Of a DNA stretch of 64,000 nt, positions 38,609 to 48,900 are shown piece after piece. The stretch is taken from positions 512,001-576,000 of the forward strand of contig OZ245011.1 of NCBI GenBank assembly GCA_965223665.1, written 5' to 3'. The notes under the pieces were generated by a model that searched no databases, had not been told where the DNA came from, and was given only the letters and a program-made list of their open reading frames with translations. A program made the translations under genes and the position numbers. The number at the start of each line of letters is the position of its first letter. The stretch's first letter is position 1. Source of the DNA: Nitrospinaceae bacterium. GTDB taxonomy: Bacteria > Nitrospinota > Nitrospinia > Nitrospinales > Nitrospinaceae.

Positions 38609-39547
38609 ATGGCAAAACAAAATATTCTGGAACTTAAGAAGAGATCTTCAAAAAAATTCACACCAAAAGCTCCAAAAAAAATTACGAAAAAGAAAAACCT
38701 AATCCACAATGCCAATGATTTTTATCAATTTTTAAAGACCATTTCTAACGAAAAAAAATTTTCCTTGGCCGAAACCCTAGGGTTTAAAAAATGGCTCAAA
38801 GAATTCAAGATTTCTCAAATGGGAAAAGAGGTTTCTGAAATCATCAATGAACTTACAATAAATAAAAACTCTAAGGCAAAAAGTTGGTTGAAAAGAGAAA
38901 TTTATTGGCTATGCTTTCAAGCTAAAAAGTATGATTCAAAAAGTGATCCAGGGATAACGGAATACGAAAATTTTTCCAAATTGAAAACAAATCTTCTTCC
39001 TACCATCAATGCCATAGATAAGCTAAAAGAATTTCATACTATTAATTCACCATTAAGAGATAAAGTTAACGGAAAAGTTGCTGAACTTTTTGTTGAAAGA
39101 AAAATCATATCCAGATCTCAAAAAAGTATGGATGAGCTAATTGGTGAAATCCTTGGTATTTACAAATTGACTTTAGAGGATTATGAATCCTCTTTAAAAG
39201 AAGTAACCTCAAAGGGAAGAATGTGGACGGTAGCTGGGCTAATCTATCCCAATACAAATGAGGGGAGAAAAGTTCGAAAGAAATCACATCCAATAAGAGA
39301 TTCTTTCATTCTTCACTTGGTCAAAATTTTTCGCCATTTCACTGCAGAACAGTGGGACCTCGGCTGGTCAGGAGAATCTATGCCTGAATTTGGGGGACCC
39401 TGTTATCCCCAAATTGCCACCATTGTTAACTCTTTCCTAAGAATCCCTGAGGATAAAATTCTTACTGACGATTCAGTACAGAAAATTGCTTCTCGCCTAA
39501 TTAAAGATGGTGTTTGTGTTTCTTCATGGAACCTGCCTTTATCATAA
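38609..39547 (+). CDS. Hypothetical protein between integrase and AlpA
   Basis: 312-aa ORF with a GAGG RBS; no recognised motif. Confidence 0.75.
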   Translation: MAKQNILELKKRSSKKFTPKAPKKITKKKNLIHNANDFYQFLKTISNEKKFSLAETLGFKKWLKEFKISQMGKEVSEIINELTINKNSKAKSWLKREIYWLCFQAKKYDSKSDPGITEYENFSKLKTNLLPTINAIDKLKEFHTINSPLRDKVNGKVAELFVERKIISRSQKSMDELIGEILGIYKLTLEDYESSLKEVTSKGRMWTVAGLIYPNTNEGRKVRKKSHPIRDSFILHLVKIFRHFTAEQWDLGWSGESMPEFGGPCYPQIATIVNSFLRIPEDKILTDDSVQKIASRLIKDGVCVSSWNLPLS

Positions 39548-39566
39548 ACAGCTTCTCAAAAAGTCA

Positions 39567-39603
39567 AGGACAACTAGAAATTTTTTTCATTTCTAGTTGT
39601 CCT
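39567..39603. promoter_or_regulatory. Perfect 15-bp inverted repeat upstream of alpA
   Basis: AGGACAACTAGAAAT-N7-ATTTCTAGTTGTCCT. Confidence 0.7.
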
Positions 39604-39669
39604 GTCATTTCATTGGCCAATAGTAGAAATTAGTACTATTAAAGCTTAAGAAATTTCTCGAGGGGATCT

Positions 39670-39873
39670 ATGAACAAAAATATCATCGACATTAAAAAAG
39701 TTATAAAGAAGGTCGACCTTAGTGCAGTGACAATTTGGAGGATGGAACGCCGTGGCGAATTTCCGAGCCGAATTAAAATTGGTCATCGGCGGGTGGGATG
39801 GGTAGAAAGCGAATTGGATGAATGGCTTACGGACCGGCCCAGAGTCCACAAAAGAATTAACACTCCCCCTTAA
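39670..39873 (+). CDS. alpA: AlpA-family regulator/excisionase
   Basis: LSAVTIWRMERRGEFPSRIKIGHRRVGWVESELDEWL; GAGGGG RBS. Confidence 0.93.
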   Translation: MNKNIIDIKKVIKKVDLSAVTIWRMERRGEFPSRIKIGHRRVGWVESELDEWLTDRPRVHKRINTPP

Positions 39874-39995
39874 ATAAAGAAAGAATTTTATTGTGGAATT
39901 TGCGGTTCTAAGATCAATATTTTGCTAATAACTTTCAAAAAAATGGGTCGGGCATACTTTTGCAGAGACACCCAACCCAAAAATAAAAAAACCAA

Positions 39996-40739
39996 ATGAA
40001 TTATATCAAATCACCCTGGAAAGACAATATAGGGAACGGCCTTTATTCCAGAATTCCTAGAAAACTAATTTTAGAGAAAAATTGGGGTAAGTTACATCTG
40101 TCGGCAAAGGCAATTTATCTTCCCCTTATCAAACATGTTAATACAGATGGTGAAGCATGGCCAAGTTGCGAAACCTTAGGCCAACTTGCCGGGATAACTC
40201 GTAAAACCGCCGAAAACGGAATTAAATATCTTGAAGGTTTTCCCGGTTTTAAAAAACAACCTTATTTCACTAGAAGAGGCCATAAATCCAATAAGTACAC
40301 CATAAAAGAACCCTCAAAAGATCCTAAGGTTTCAATCTATATAAGTCATGATTTCATTAATGGGGGTAACTGGTCTCAATTGGTTCCTGTTGGCAAAGCT
40401 ATATTCCCGGTTTTATTAAATTTTGCGTGGTGGGATAAAGAACTTTATTTAGAACTGGAAGAAACCTATGTTGATGAAAGAGATGATGAAGAAATTTATA
40501 AAACTCGAGAATACGATATATTTGATGGAGACAAAAAACTTATTTGTGAATTGGCTGGGATTAGCTTTCGATCTTTAGATAAAGCTATTTTAAGCTTGAA
40601 TGAAAAGTATTTTTTGGAACCTCAACAATATGACGGGAAAGAAATTTGGAAAATATTGATTTCCCCCTCAAAAGTTTTTACGCGTTCATTTCTAATTAGA
40701 AAAAAAGAGAAGCTTTTTTCGGAAAAAATTACTCACTAA
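39996..40739 (+). CDS. Winged-HTH replication-initiator-like protein with two internal repeats
   Basis: LHLSAKAIYLPL...GEAWPSCETLGQLAGITRKT is repeated as WSQLVPVGKAIFPVL...LICELAGISFRS; the gene lies directly after alpA. Confidence 0.65.
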   Translation: MNYIKSPWKDNIGNGLYSRIPRKLILEKNWGKLHLSAKAIYLPLIKHVNTDGEAWPSCETLGQLAGITRKTAENGIKYLEGFPGFKKQPYFTRRGHKSNKYTIKEPSKDPKVSIYISHDFINGGNWSQLVPVGKAIFPVLLNFAWWDKELYLELEETYVDERDDEEIYKTREYDIFDGDKKLICELAGISFRSLDKAILSLNEKYFLEPQQYDGKEIWKILISPSKVFTRSFLIRKKEKLFSEKITH

Positions 40740-41034
40740 GAATTAATAAAAGAAATTTAAAAGTATTAAATGAAGATTTAATTAAAAGAATTATTTAAAA
40801 GAATCAAAAAAGAATTTATTAAGTTTTGATAATTTTTAAAGGAAATTACGGATTTAATTAGCTTCTTTTCATTTCAAATTGACTCTATTTCGATCAAGGT
40901 TGACTTTTTTTCTAAATCCATAAAATTTCCTTGAATGAAATTTCCATTTAGGTTGATGTTTGCAAAAATTTATAGGAAATTAATTTTTAGAAATCTTTAA
41001 AGTGAAAACTAGACCCCTTACTGATCCAGGATGA

Positions 41035-41110
41035 GGGAGGGGGGATCATAACGCTCGCAAACTTTAAATGGGACCGTTGCGGGGGTAGTAAACTTTTTCC
41101 TCGCGCAGGA
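41035..41110 (+). other. cos-like packaging sequence upstream of the small terminase
   Basis: GC-rich GGGAGGGGGGATC...GGGACCGTTGCGGGGG...TTTTTCCTCGCGC in AT-rich DNA, matching the layout commonly found just upstream of P27-type terS. Confidence 0.6.
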
Positions 41111-41155
41111 TAAAAATAAAAAGGGTAATTATTGAAAAATTTGGAGGAAGTAAAA

Positions 41156-41635
41156 ATGCCAGGACCTCAAAAAATTCCAACAGTTATCAAAAAACTTCAA
41201 GGAAATCCAGGAAAACGTAGATTGAATCTCAACGAACCAAAGCCTGAAACTGGAATTCCCAAATGTCCGGCTTGGTTAAATAAAAAAGGAAAAGTCGTTT
41301 GGAAAGAGTTGTCGACTTTGCTAAACAACATGAGGGTTCTTACGGTTGCAGACAGGTATTCTTTGGCGTTGCTTTGTGATGTTTACGGTGAGTATATTGA
41401 AACGCGTAGATTTCTCAATAAGAATGGATCTACTTATGAACTCAAAACCAAAAATGGCGAAATTATGTTTCGCAATCGCCCAGAGGTTACTAAATCTGCT
41501 GAATTATTTAAGAGGGTTATTTCTCTAATGAGGGATTTTGGGTTGACACCAGGCTCTCGTTCTGGAATTAGTGTTGAACCTTATCACGAGGAAGATTCTT
41601 TCTTAAAGTATTTAAAGAAAAGAGAAAAGTTTTAA
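41156..41635 (+). CDS. terS: Phage terminase small subunit, P27 family
   Basis: MPGPQKIPTVIKKLQGNPGKRRLNLNEPKP, CPAWL and FGLTPGSRS; GGAGG RBS before ATG 41156. Confidence 0.93.
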   Translation: MPGPQKIPTVIKKLQGNPGKRRLNLNEPKPETGIPKCPAWLNKKGKVVWKELSTLLNNMRVLTVADRYSLALLCDVYGEYIETRRFLNKNGSTYELKTKNGEIMFRNRPEVTKSAELFKRVISLMRDFGLTPGSRSGISVEPYHEEDSFLKYLKKREKF

Positions 41636-41839
41636 TTAGAACATTTTGATGATTTTTTCTTTGCTTTTCGTAATTAAACTACTATTTCTTATATGCTCTA
41701 AAGTTTTTGCAAGAAAATTTCACATCATAAAAATCAAATAAGCAAAACTGACCAATAAAATTGAGAAGAAACTAAATACCAGACTGGTTAGTCTTATCTT
41801 ATGTTCACTTAGAGTCGTTACTTTTTTATTCTTAAAGTA

Positions 41840-42048
41840 ACAGATATTACAACCTGTACCTTTCACCGTTATTTCCCAGAATCTTTTTCCACCTATGAGT
41901 ATATCTTCGATTCCATCACTTCGGTTTCACGCAACTTTACAATAATTTCTTCGATACTACACCGTTTCCGTCCCACAATCTTTTCCACTTGTCCCCTTGT
42001 TTTTTTGATTTGGTTTAATATCTGGACTAATTTCAACCGGTCAGGTAA
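41840..42048 (-). mobile_element. IS3-family left-end remnant (terminal IR plus decayed orfA)
   Basis: Minus strand TTACCTGACCGGTTGAAATTAGTCCAG (IS3-like IR), then GTG 41976 giving VGRKRCSIEEIIVKLRETEVMESKIYS*, similar to IS3 OrfA N-termini. Confidence 0.7.
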
Positions 42049-42346
42049 CTTTTATTCTATTCCGATAGGAATTTCTACCACAGAAAGGCTAGAATTTGAT
42101 CACCGCTATCGAATCCCTACCGTTATCAATAACAGGATTTGGTCATACCCATACCCTTTCTTAAATTAAATAGCAAAAACGAGGCAAACACCCGTATTTC
42201 ATACCTTTTGATTGATTCTAATTGAAATCCGTGTTCCTTTGGATTAGAATCTCGTTCTGGAATTCCTAAAAACAATTTAAATTTTTGGCAGTCAATTTGG
42301 TAATTCAATTGACTTTTTTTTCACAAATTTTTTTCAAAAATTTAAT

Positions 42347-44206
42347 GTGAACATAAAAAATCTCGTTTTTCGAATTTTTTGGCCGGAATTAAAAAGGGTC
42401 GAAAGATTGAAATGCCTAAAAATTTGGAATACAGCTAATCAGCAAGTTGAAGCTCTTTTTGAATTGGAAAAATCCATTGCTGAAAGATTATTCCTTAAAT
42501 TAACCGTTTTTTTAGAAACCACTTCATTTGATTGGGAAAGGGAAAACACCACCTGCGATATAACAGAATTTTCTCAATTCATTTCAAGACTGAAGAAAGA
42601 AGTGGAAGTTATTAGAAAAAAATTTACGGCAGAAACAAAAAACCCAAAACTTTCTGATCAAAAGCACATTTTACAAATTCACTCTATTTTTGAAACCTTA
42701 GAAGAAGTTTTTGCTTCAATCCAGACTTTAGAAATTTCTTTAAACCACACCCAGGAAATTTCCAAAAATTATTCTACTTCCCTAGATATTCCTTCTCTTA
42801 AAAAGGAAATTAAACAATCTTTATCCGAAACTTTAACTAGAGTGGAGCAAGTATTGAACTGGATACACCCATCAGAGTTTTATTTTAATATTTTTTCAGT
42901 ATTGTATTATCCTCTATTTTATAAATGGTTAGTGGCAATATATTTCTCCTTAAATCCAAAAGGTGCTCTAGGAACGGAAGAAAAAAGATTCTTACTTCAA
43001 TGGGAATTTCTTAAGCTTTACAATATTATTTCAAATACTTTAGCTAATTCCCCAAACAAAAAAAATCTCCAAATTGATTCAATAATAGATTTTTACCAAT
43101 CGTTTGAAAGTTTGCAAAAGTTGGCGGGAAATTCTTTAGCAAAATTTTGCCTACAGATTGTTGATTACAAAGAGGGTTCCAATGAGAATGAAAAATACAT
43201 ATCCAAAATAATAGCAGCGGGATTAAAGCAAGGGGGAAAAATGACTATACACCCTAGCTTCATCTATACTATCTCCCCATATTTGCCTCAAGAACGCAAA
43301 CAAAAAATAATCGAAAAAGTTTTTTATTTGGTAAATGAAAAGATTCAAAAAATTATTCAAAAACAATGGATAAATTATCTTAGAACGTTAAAACCTGTTG
43401 TGAATCATTATTCGAGCAATCAACTGCGTTTGCGGAAAGTAATAAAAAGCTATTTGAAAATCAAAACCCATTTATTAACCGTTAATGGCACAGACTTTTC
43501 GAAATCTAGTCAATCACAAAAAATTATTCAGGAAAAATTGGCGCATGAAGATTCTACCGTTTTTGCGACAAACTTGGATAGGCGCAGAGAAATTTTGTTT
43601 TGGAAACGGGGAGGCTTGGCAACTGTAAGAACTCATATCCCTTGGGAGTATTTTCAATTTGACCCGAAGCAGATTGGAAAGGTCCATCGATATTTAGGAT
43701 TTTTAAAACGAACTCTTGGAACACAATGGGATAAAAAACTTTGCCAGTCCAATTTTGATAACATTAATTTTAGTAATTTCCAGCAAATTATTGATGAAAT
43801 AGTTGAAGAGTGGATGTTCCTTTTTCAAAAGGAAAGTGAATCTATTTTTCAATCTCTAGCCAAAACATTAGAAAAAATTGCTCATGAAAATTCAAAAGAA
43901 TTTAAATCATTCTGTACAGATTTTCTTTTAGATATATTTTCATCAATTGATGAAATGGAAAATGGTCATTCCCTTCCTATCAAACAACAATTTCAAGAAT
44001 TATTTAAACAACATGGATTGCAACTAATTTCCCCAGTGGTGGGAGATTTTGTTGATTTCGAACAACACGCTATCGTTTCTAACGAAACAAAAGATTTAGT
44101 TGAGGGGGATCTCATAGTTTCAAAAGTAATTTGCCATGGGCTAATTAATACTATGGACAACCGAGTATTTAAAAAATCTGAGATTGTGGTCAGGAGGCAA
44201 TTGTGA
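42347..44206 (+). CDS. Helical protein with C-terminal GrpE-like domain
   Basis: The C-terminus LFKQHGLQLISPVVGDFVDFEQHAIV...IVSKVICHGL...RVFKKSEIVV parallels the GrpE beta-domain. The start codon is uncertain. Confidence 0.7.
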   Translation: MNIKNLVFRIFWPELKRVERLKCLKIWNTANQQVEALFELEKSIAERLFLKLTVFLETTSFDWERENTTCDITEFSQFISRLKKEVEVIRKKFTAETKNPKLSDQKHILQIHSIFETLEEVFASIQTLEISLNHTQEISKNYSTSLDIPSLKKEIKQSLSETLTRVEQVLNWIHPSEFYFNIFSVLYYPLFYKWLVAIYFSLNPKGALGTEEKRFLLQWEFLKLYNIISNTLANSPNKKNLQIDSIIDFYQSFESLQKLAGNSLAKFCLQIVDYKEGSNENEKYISKIIAAGLKQGGKMTIHPSFIYTISPYLPQERKQKIIEKVFYLVNEKIQKIIQKQWINYLRTLKPVVNHYSSNQLRLRKVIKSYLKIKTHLLTVNGTDFSKSSQSQKIIQEKLAHEDSTVFATNLDRRREILFWKRGGLATVRTHIPWEYFQFDPKQIGKVHRYLGFLKRTLGTQWDKKLCQSNFDNINFSNFQQIIDEIVEEWMFLFQKESESIFQSLAKTLEKIAHENSKEFKSFCTDFLLDIFSSIDEMENGHSLPIKQQFQELFKQHGLQLISPVVGDFVDFEQHAIVSNETKDLVEGDLIVSKVICHGLINTMDNRVFKKSEIVVRRQL

Positions 44207-45933
44207 GTTTACTCAGGTTAGGTCTAGACTTAGGAACCACAAACATCACTGCCGTTATCTGGTCTGAAAAAACAAATAGCTTTGAACCGGTGATCATGCC
44301 TGAATTGTGTGACGGCAAAGGGGTTATTTCAGCAGTTTCATTCAAAAAAGGAGATAAATATTTTTTCGGTTCTAAAGCAGAATCTTTAATTCAAGCAGAG
44401 GGTCACCGACACAACTCAGATATATCTTTTGAATTCAAAAAATCCTTTGGAGAAAATATTTCACCAGAGGAGAGAGAAGAAAAAAAAAGAATTACAAAAA
44501 ATTTGATCCTAAAAATCTTAAGCGAGGTTATGAAAGAACGCAATGAAGATCAACTTGATCTGGTCATTGGCCACCCGTGCGCTCCCTTGTCAGAAAACCT
44601 AAAAAGTGTTTACCAGGAAATTTTTGGTTCACTTATGAATAATGTAGATGTAGGAGAAGAAAAAGCTAATGAATTAATTCTTAATAAATACAAGGAATCG
44701 GTTGTTATTGTTCAAGTCAAATATATGTGGGAGCCTATCGCGGCCTGTGTTGCCATGAGTCCACAAATCAACTGGGAGGAAAATTGGAAAAAAGGAGATT
44801 GCTTGTTGGTAATTGATGGAGGAGGGGGAACTCTTGACATGACTCTGCTGCAAATAGTGGAAGGGGATAATGCGCAAGAAAGTAAAACTCAGGAAGGACC
44901 ATTGTTTGTTGCTCTTAAACGTATTCACTCGGATGGAAGCAGTGAATTAGGCGGAGGGCGTATTGATGAAGTGTTGATCAATAAATTCGACAAACACCTT
45001 ATTGATCATACCCAGATTGCTCCCCAGGATAATGATTTTTTTTGTTTTGCGAGGAACCGTTTTGTTAAAAAATTAAAAGAAATTTTTTGTTCGTATGAGG
45101 GCAATAAAGACTTAAAAGAAAAGATTGAGAAAATTCAACCCATCGCAAAAAATCATTTTTTCCAAGCAATTTCTAAAGACTTTCCTCTGGAAGGCCTCGA
45201 AACGGCAATTAATTTATTTAAAGAAGAATTTCATAGTGACGAGGACATTGCTTTTGGTGAGGGAATCATTGAGTTTAAAGAAACACTCAAAAAGTTTTTT
45301 AGAGAATTTTTTGATAAAGCGTGCAACAAAATTTCAAGCGACAATCTAGAGATCAAAAAAATTTTATTTTGTGGTGGTGCTACAAAGGTCCGCTTTATTC
45401 GGCAATTGGCTATAGATCAATTTAAGCCGATTATAGAAAATACCCAGTCAATTCCCCAAGAGGAACAACCCTTTCTAGTTGGAGAAGGATGTGCTTTTAG
45501 ATGTTATATCAATGCGCATCGATCTATGGTTGGGTTAGAGAAGTATAGTGACATTCGGGCGGCCTGGGGCATATTTTCTGAAGATATTGGACTACAAGTG
45601 GGACAGGAATGCGTACCTATTTTTTTGGCGGGAGATGGCATTGAAAGTGGATTGCATTTACAAAAATCTGTCTTTTTCCCCTGTGCCGGCGACGAAATTG
45701 ATCCAAAGTTTTGCATGAACAAAAATGGAAAACTCATATTGTTGGATTCGAAGCAACTTAAATGTTCTGGCCCCCTTCAATGGGAAGGACCGGAAGATAT
45801 TATCTCTGTAACCTTAACCGCTTATGAAGCGGAAGAAAAATTAGAGTATGAAATTTTCACCCTTGATAACAATATGAAACGTTCACAAGAACTGATTAAA
45901 GGAACCTTTGAAAATTTAAAATTTTATGAATAG
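44203..45933 (+). CDS. Divergent Hsp70-family ATPase
   Basis: GLDLGTTN, EPIAA, IDGGGGTLD, LGGGRID, CGGATKV and VGEGCA are all present in canonical order. Confidence 0.9.
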   Translation: MSLLRLGLDLGTTNITAVIWSEKTNSFEPVIMPELCDGKGVISAVSFKKGDKYFFGSKAESLIQAEGHRHNSDISFEFKKSFGENISPEEREEKKRITKNLILKILSEVMKERNEDQLDLVIGHPCAPLSENLKSVYQEIFGSLMNNVDVGEEKANELILNKYKESVVIVQVKYMWEPIAACVAMSPQINWEENWKKGDCLLVIDGGGGTLDMTLLQIVEGDNAQESKTQEGPLFVALKRIHSDGSSELGGGRIDEVLINKFDKHLIDHTQIAPQDNDFFCFARNRFVKKLKEIFCSYEGNKDLKEKIEKIQPIAKNHFFQAISKDFPLEGLETAINLFKEEFHSDEDIAFGEGIIEFKETLKKFFREFFDKACNKISSDNLEIKKILFCGGATKVRFIRQLAIDQFKPIIENTQSIPQEEQPFLVGEGCAFRCYINAHRSMVGLEKYSDIRAAWGIFSEDIGLQVGQECVPIFLAGDGIESGLHLQKSVFFPCAGDEIDPKFCMNKNGKLILLDSKQLKCSGPLQWEGPEDIISVTLTAYEAEEKLEYEIFTLDNNMKRSQELIKGTFENLKFYE

Positions 45934-48900
45934 AAAATTCAAAAAATTTAAAAGTTTTATTTTTTTAACGATGGTTTTATGGTTGGTTGCCAATTTTTTG
46001 ATGCCCAACGTTGCTCTGCCTGAAAACCCTCAATCAAATGACCAGCATCATATTATTTTAATGATGGATAAAACCCATTATATGAATAAGGGATTTAAGG
46101 AAGATTTCTCGGATGAAATTTCGCAACGTCTTCAAATCATTTTTTCAAAAGATTTACCAAATATACTAACCAGTAGTCATAATAACAGGGTTCTCTATAA
46201 TAAAGAGAAAGACTATCTTAGCATTTTTCCATTCGGTTTAACTAAGTGGAAACCCAATCTGGAAAATAATTATTTTTATGATAAATGTGGAAATCGTCGT
46301 AGGCCTACTTTAAATAATTTCCAAAAAAATCCGACAAAATCATGCACCGATCTTTTAAGCTTTAAGAATGTTAATCCAAATGAAATATTGCCAAAATACT
46401 TGCAAGCATTCCAAAACCAAAATAAGAAAAATAAAACTTCAAAAAATCCCTTTTCAAGAGAAAGTGCCGAACTACCATTCGCACCCTATCTGGGACTTTA
46501 TAAATCATTTATCGATTCCTCAAAAAAATATGAATTTGAAAAAGTCAAAATTTTAATATTAACTCATGGTGATTCACATTTTGAAGAAGTAAATTCGGAC
46601 TTTAGCAACCTTTCCTTAATACAAAAATCAGAAAAATTAAGTAGCAAGAAAAAAAAACAATTTTTAAAAAATTCTAATTTCGATTTTCTCAAGAAAATCT
46701 ATAAAGGCATTGCTAAAACTCTTGACGTAACAAAGGTGGATTTTACCCAATCCTCCCTTACAGAAAAGGGTTTTCAACTATGGATGTATGAGGTTACCCC
46801 AAAACCTATCAAATCAAGTGATTTAATAATATCGCAATTAAAAGACAATCAAACGGCCCTGGAATTGCCAGAAGATGATAACTGGGAATTGTCACTCAAT
46901 GTAGAGGTAAAAAATAAAGATTTTGATGAAAGTGAAACTTTTCCCCTAACCTTTCACAAGGTGGAAGCCGATGTTCAAATACCAGGGAGCGATACATTGG
47001 ATTCTTTGCATGTAAAATCTAAAACCATTAAATTAAGATTTTCGAATGCGCCTCCTGGGTCTACCCTCTATTTAACTTATTGGTTTAAATCCAATTTTTA
47101 TCCATTTTTTCTGATTGAGAGTGAAAGGAAAGAAATTGCTTTGACCACTCCTTCCTTATTTGAAAAAATATCCCGAAATTGGAAGAGTTTGACGTTCTGG
47201 GGAATTTTGGCTACTTGCTTCTTTTTTATATTACTAAGGCAAATCCTAGGAGATATTAAGTATAAGCTGAATATACATTTAGTGAAAAAAATTCCTGAAA
47301 TCTATGCATTTGAATCTTTACAGACCTCTGAATCAGAGAATTTCCTAACTATAGGAAAGTTAAAGTTGGAACGGAAGGGCCTTATGATGAGTTTAGCTCC
47401 GGCTAAAATTATCTGCAAGGAATTATCTATAAAATCCACTATGATCCAGCAAAAACGAGTGGGTTTGAATTCTTATCCTTGTTCCGCTGTCAAACTTTAT
47501 TGGAGCGGCGGCCATCCTTTCAAAATTATAAAGGGTAAATTGCCAGCGGAAAGTTTTGATCTTCGTCTTGACTATAAAGAACTTCAAAAATTAAAAAATA
47601 CCCAAAATGGGGATTCAAACCCATTCTTCCCGCAAAATATTAGTATTAGTTTTTCCGTGTCTTTTGAGGCAAAGCGGAGATTTTGGTTTTCCCGCGAACC
47701 TCAAAAAACCCTGGAACAAGCTTCTTTTCCAATTCGATTATTACCTCCTGTAACTGGCAAATCTCTGGAAACAATTAATTTAATTGAAAAAACTCAATTT
47801 CAAAAAGGTCTTCTACCTATCGGAATTTTGACCATCCGCCCTGAGGATATGGGCCACTTGTTTCCGAACAATCAAATTTTTGCGTTTCGGTTATCTAACG
47901 GAAACAAGTCCATACCCATATTTTTTAAGTTAAATTTTAATACTTCCAAAGTCTCATCAGATCTCAGCGCCTTAAAAGAGGGTGCGGAACCTAATACACT
48001 GGAAGGAAATTTAAATATTGAAACTGCTTTCAATGAAGCTGAAACCAATAAAGAAATCCTAAAAACTGTTCTAAAAGTCTTTCAAAAACAAGAAACTTTT
48101 AAAGAAATAGAAAATAATATAAACAAAGGAAAAGAAACTGGTATTTTAAATCCTGAAGTTGTGTTTAACCAAGGAGCCTATTTAGAAACTAGAGATTTTG
48201 GGAAGCTCATGCACTGCCGTTTTCTAACAAAAAAAACTCTGCCCATTTTACTTTATACCGATCTTTCCGAAATAAGAAATCCAGCCGATCAGATGGGATT
48301 GACATTACAAAAAAAATCAGCAAATGCTTTAAAATCCTACGGGCAAGCCAAAGGGTGGATTGATTTGGACGAAAAATTAGTTATTACTCGAAATGATGAG
48401 GTAACCGAATTCGTATGGGATTTCGAGGACATGGAAAAAAATAAAGTTTTTAAATTTTCCTCCAATGACACGGATCCTTCAATATTTTCTGAATCTACAA
48501 AAATGGAAGTAATCTATCACGCTAGGAATTGGGAAAACCTGGGGAATTTGCCCATTGGGATTCTCCAATTGGGTGATAAAGCAGTTCATGGTACAGGCTT
48601 TGTCGAAATATCTAATATGAATGTGAAAATAGAATCTGAAGATATTCAATGGAAGGCCTCAATAGATAAAAATGATTCCATATTATTTGAAGGTTCTTCC
48701 AACCAGTCGGATCCGCTCAACCTTTGGAGCTTTGAGCAAAAATATCAAAATTGCAAAATTAGTTCTGAATCGATTCGATGGGAAGAATATAAATTGATCA
48801 TTGATCGACCGGCAAAATATATTGAAAATATCACCAAGCCCGATGGAGTTCTCACATTAAAATTTAATTTTAATGTGAGAACCGTGGAGGAAGAAAATAA

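Noticed and set aside
37362-41635. Intact prophage
   Set aside because: No large terminase, portal, capsid, tail or lysis genes appear in the 22 kb following terS.
41864-41990. Imperfect direct repeat CACCGTT...CCCA.AATCTTTT.CCAC as a CRISPR-like or ncRNA array
   Set aside because: There are only two degenerate copies, no cas genes, and the region is better explained as decayed IS3 orfA on the minus strand.
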